DNA of 64,000 bases from the human T2T-CHM13v2.0 reference genome, Homo sapiens: NCBI RefSeq assembly GCF_009914755.1, contig NC_060930.1; one strand, 5' to 3'. Positions 57,961-64,000 of the stretch are shown here, piece by piece (positions within the stretch are counted from its first letter, which is position 1; every line of letters begins with the position of its first letter). Made by a program: the position numbers and the translations under genes. A model generated the notes under the pieces. The model saw only the letters and a list, made by a program, of their open reading frames with translations. It had not been told where the DNA came from and did not search any database.

Positions 57961-58684
57961 CTTAGAACATTTTAAAAAATTAAGTCTTGGCTTGAAATCT
58001 GATGTAGTGTGACTATACTTGAGAATAATAGGAAATTTCCCAAATGCTAAAGACTTAAAGTACAAGAGAAAGTCAGTGTTCTTTTTTCATACATAACTTT
58101 CTACAGGAAAGATAAAAGAAAAACTATCACAATATTATGTATTATTTATCCTCGCTAGTTTATCAAACAACAGTTTTGTAATTTAATGAAATTCCTGTTT
58201 TCTATATGAGTATATTGCTCTAACATATGCTGTATATGATTAATGTTTCATTTGTTTGGCTAGTTACTGCTCATTGCTCTGTGTGTGTGTGTGTGTGTGT
58301 GTGCGCGAGACAGAGAGAGACCATGTTAAACACAGTATTATTCACCTGTTGTTCGCCTGTTGGTTAACGCTCTGGTATCCATGTCCCACTTAACCTTTCC
58401 CAACAGTCTACACTTCTATTGGAAATTTATTGTTACTCTACCCCCAACTATCCCATTATTTCAGGGATAAAATGAATGACATGTACTGCGCCCAAGAAAG
58501 TCTTATTGCCCTCATTGCAGTGATTAGATCAGTCATGGGTCTGTGGTCTAAGTCAAGTGCGAATTTCAGGATTTTTGCTGACAATTCTGGAACACATGTT
58601 TCTTTCTTTCTGTGTAGTGTGGGATGTGGATGTGAAGGGAGAACTGCTATCCTCACTTTGCCACCATATAGTATGTTCACCTCA

Positions 58685-59368
<684 letters not shown>

Positions 59369-60094
59369 CCAACACACAAGAGGCAAAATTAAAGAGAAAT
59401 TTAACCCTGATTGATCTGTACCTAAAAGAATAATTTCCCTCTATTGTATAAGGAAGTTTGAATTAAGCTTTTGGTTACTTGCAACTGAAAATAAAACTAC
59501 TGCAGGATCTCAGACGTGGATATGGCCTTGGAAGCACAGAAGAAGACAAATGGTTCTGGCCTTCTCCAGAAACAATACCTTGTAAGAACTTCTTGGTTTA
59601 GGAAGAGACTAAGGAAAGTATAAGAAGAGGAGATCTTTTACTTTCATTCATTGTTACTGACTTTTTGCTTAGTTGTTCTGTTCATTATTGAGAAGTATGT
59701 TTAAGTTTCCAACAATGATTGTGGATTTGTCTATTTCTGTCTTTAGTTCTGTCAGATGTTTGCTTCACACATTTTGAAGCTCTGTTAATTAGGCACATAT
59801 ACGTTTATAATTGCTCCATTTTACTGATGTATTTGACTTTTTTATTAGTATGAAGTATTTGTCTTTGTCTCTAGTAATACTTCTTTATTGAAGTCTATTT
59901 TGTTTAATCTTAATAAAATCACTCCAGTTTTCTCCAGTTTTCCATGCTACATATTTTTCTATCCTTTTACTTTTAATCTATTTGTGTCTTTGCATTTAAA
60001 ATGCATCTCTTGTAGACACCTTATAATTGGTTCTTGATTTTTTTTTAATTCAGTCTTACAATAATCTCTGCCTTTTGGTTGTTTAGTTCATTTA

Positions 60095-60466
<372 letters not shown>

Positions 60467-60479
60467 TTACTTCTTGCTT

Positions 60480-61364
<885 letters not shown>

Positions 61365-61834
61365 TGAGATGGCTGTATTTAGATCTGCCATTCTGCTATT
61401 TATTGATTACTTGCTCAGTTATTTTTTGTTTCTCTTTTCATGCTTTGGTTTGTGTTAATCAATTATTATTTTATTTTAGTGTTTAATTTGTTCTTTTCTA
61501 ATAATTTCTATTATTCTTTTGAGATTTCCTATCTGTTTACTACCTTTCATATTTTCCTATAATTCTTACAATATATTTTCTTTTAATCTTTTGACAATTT
61601 TAATAATAGCTACTTTGAAGTCTTTTTATGTTAAATTCAACGTCTGGGTCCACTTTCAGTCAATTTCTATTGATTGTCTTTTTGCCTATATATGGATCAC
61701 ACTTTCTTGTTTTTTCAGATGTCTAATACATTTTGGTTGAAAAGTGGACATTATAGATAACATGTAGTAGCTTTAGAATCTATTGTGTTCTGAAGATTAT
61801 TAGTCATTTGTTGTATTAGGCAGTTGGAAGTTAA

Positions 61835-62227
<393 letters not shown>

Positions 62228-63632
62228 CAGCTGCTGCTTTTTTAAAAAACCCTGGCCATTTGGGAGGTTTCCTCTTTTCCTGCATAATTTATTAGTCAAC
62301 CAAATATTTGGACAGAGAATATACTCAGACTTTATGGCTTCTCTGTGACTTACTTGCTTCTAAGGATGCCTCCTCAATTCTAACTTCTTTGCCAACCTTG
62401 GACTCTGTTCTCTTACCCATCAAGCCTGCAAGGCTTTAGCTTTCTGCTACCTGAGCTGCACATTCTTGGAGAATAAATACACTCAGCTGAAAAGCAGAAA
62501 ACTCATTGATCTTACTCTGGGTCATTCTATTTTTTGAAAGTAAATTTCTCTCTGGTTTCTGCCTGCTTTTATACTATGTTCTTTAGGTCTCCCACATGCA
62601 TGCTCAGTATAGCAGGTGAATTGATCCAATGAGTTTTTAATTTCAGATATTGTATTTTTCTCTTCTAGAATGTCTAGTTGGTTCTTTGGTTATGAATTCA
62701 AATTTTCTTTTAACACACATCTTATTCTTTTTTATCAACTTTCATACATTTTTGACATATCAATCATGGTTAGTTTCAAATCATTGTCTGCTAAATCCAA
62801 CATGATGTGTCTACTTCTATTTTCTGTTTTGATTTTTAAATCACCTTTTCCTGTGTTTTTGCATATCTAGCAATTTTGACTGTATTCTGTAGGATATATA
62901 TAAATGAATCATAGAGGCTCCAGATGGCATCTTACTCCACCATGAGTTTCTCTTTTCTTCTGTAGATAGGGTGAGAGATTGATTACCTCAATCCAACCAG
63001 GGGTTTAGCTGGATTGGGACCACATTGTAATTTCAGTAAGCTAGGTCTTCTCTGGTTCACCCCTATTCCTTAGACATGTTCCTCCAAGGCTGTCGATTGA
63101 GACCCTAGAAGTCTTTGTCTCTTTAGTCCTGAAAGAGTACAGCACATTCTATTCTGCTCTTTGAAGATTCCAAGCTTCAAATGTGGCAGATTGTCTTGAG
63201 GTAGAATCCAGTTATGTGCTTGAAGCAGGCCCCTTCTCTCTAGCAGGATTTTGTCTCCTAAAGAATGCAGAATTATTGATTTCGTTCTACTTCTTCAAAC
63301 ACAGCCTCTTAGCTTCTTTCTAATAACCCCAGAATTCAACTAATGTTTCACAGGGACACTAACCACATTTGCTGCTCTCCAAATTTCCAATCTGTCATAC
63401 CAGCCTTGCACAGTTTTATTGGTTTCTCTTTTCTCCGGCAGAGTCCCACTGCATAGCTAAGCCTGATGCTCCCTCAGTGCTTAGATTCAGCAAAGGGCCC
63501 AATGAAGAAAACAGCAGGTAATTATCAACTTACTCCAGAAGGACTTCCCATTCTCTCTGGAATTTCAATTCATCTAGTCTGTGTTGCTCTCACAGCTCTT
63601 TGATGTCTAAAAAATGTGATTTTTGTAATTTA

Positions 63633-64000
<368 letters not shown>

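Overview
Primate (very likely human or ape) non-coding DNA, dominated by interspersed repeats: about 25 Alus, two L1PA8-type LINE-1s in inverted orientation, old L1M/L2/MIR fragments, MaLR/ERV LTRs, an ERVL pol-dUTPase remnant, DNA transposons (MER2, MER20, MER30, MER33) and microsatellites. I recognise no intact protein-coding gene; the ORF track is almost entirely repeat-derived or chance. The most notable feature is at 24570-31219. It is one retrotransposition product bounded by a 16-bp target-site duplication, made of exon 1 of a ZNF91-subfamily KRAB zinc-finger gene, joined without its GT donor to about 78 bp of AT-rich sequence, then a full-length L1PA8. This reads as a spliced 5' transduction driven from a KRAB-ZNF promoter. 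That L1 also shares a 365-bp perfectly identical tract with the inverted L1PA8 fragment 25 kb away, although the two are only about 90% identical on either side of the tract (gene conversion; possible inversion substrate). Also seen: two short locally templated copies beside TA/CA microsatellites, a CpG-rich orphan insert with a long near-open frame, and an ancient ~93-bp duplicated module next to a CCAAT/TATA-like element. Repeat subfamily names come from recalled consensus sequences, and boundaries are approximate unless a TSD is quoted.
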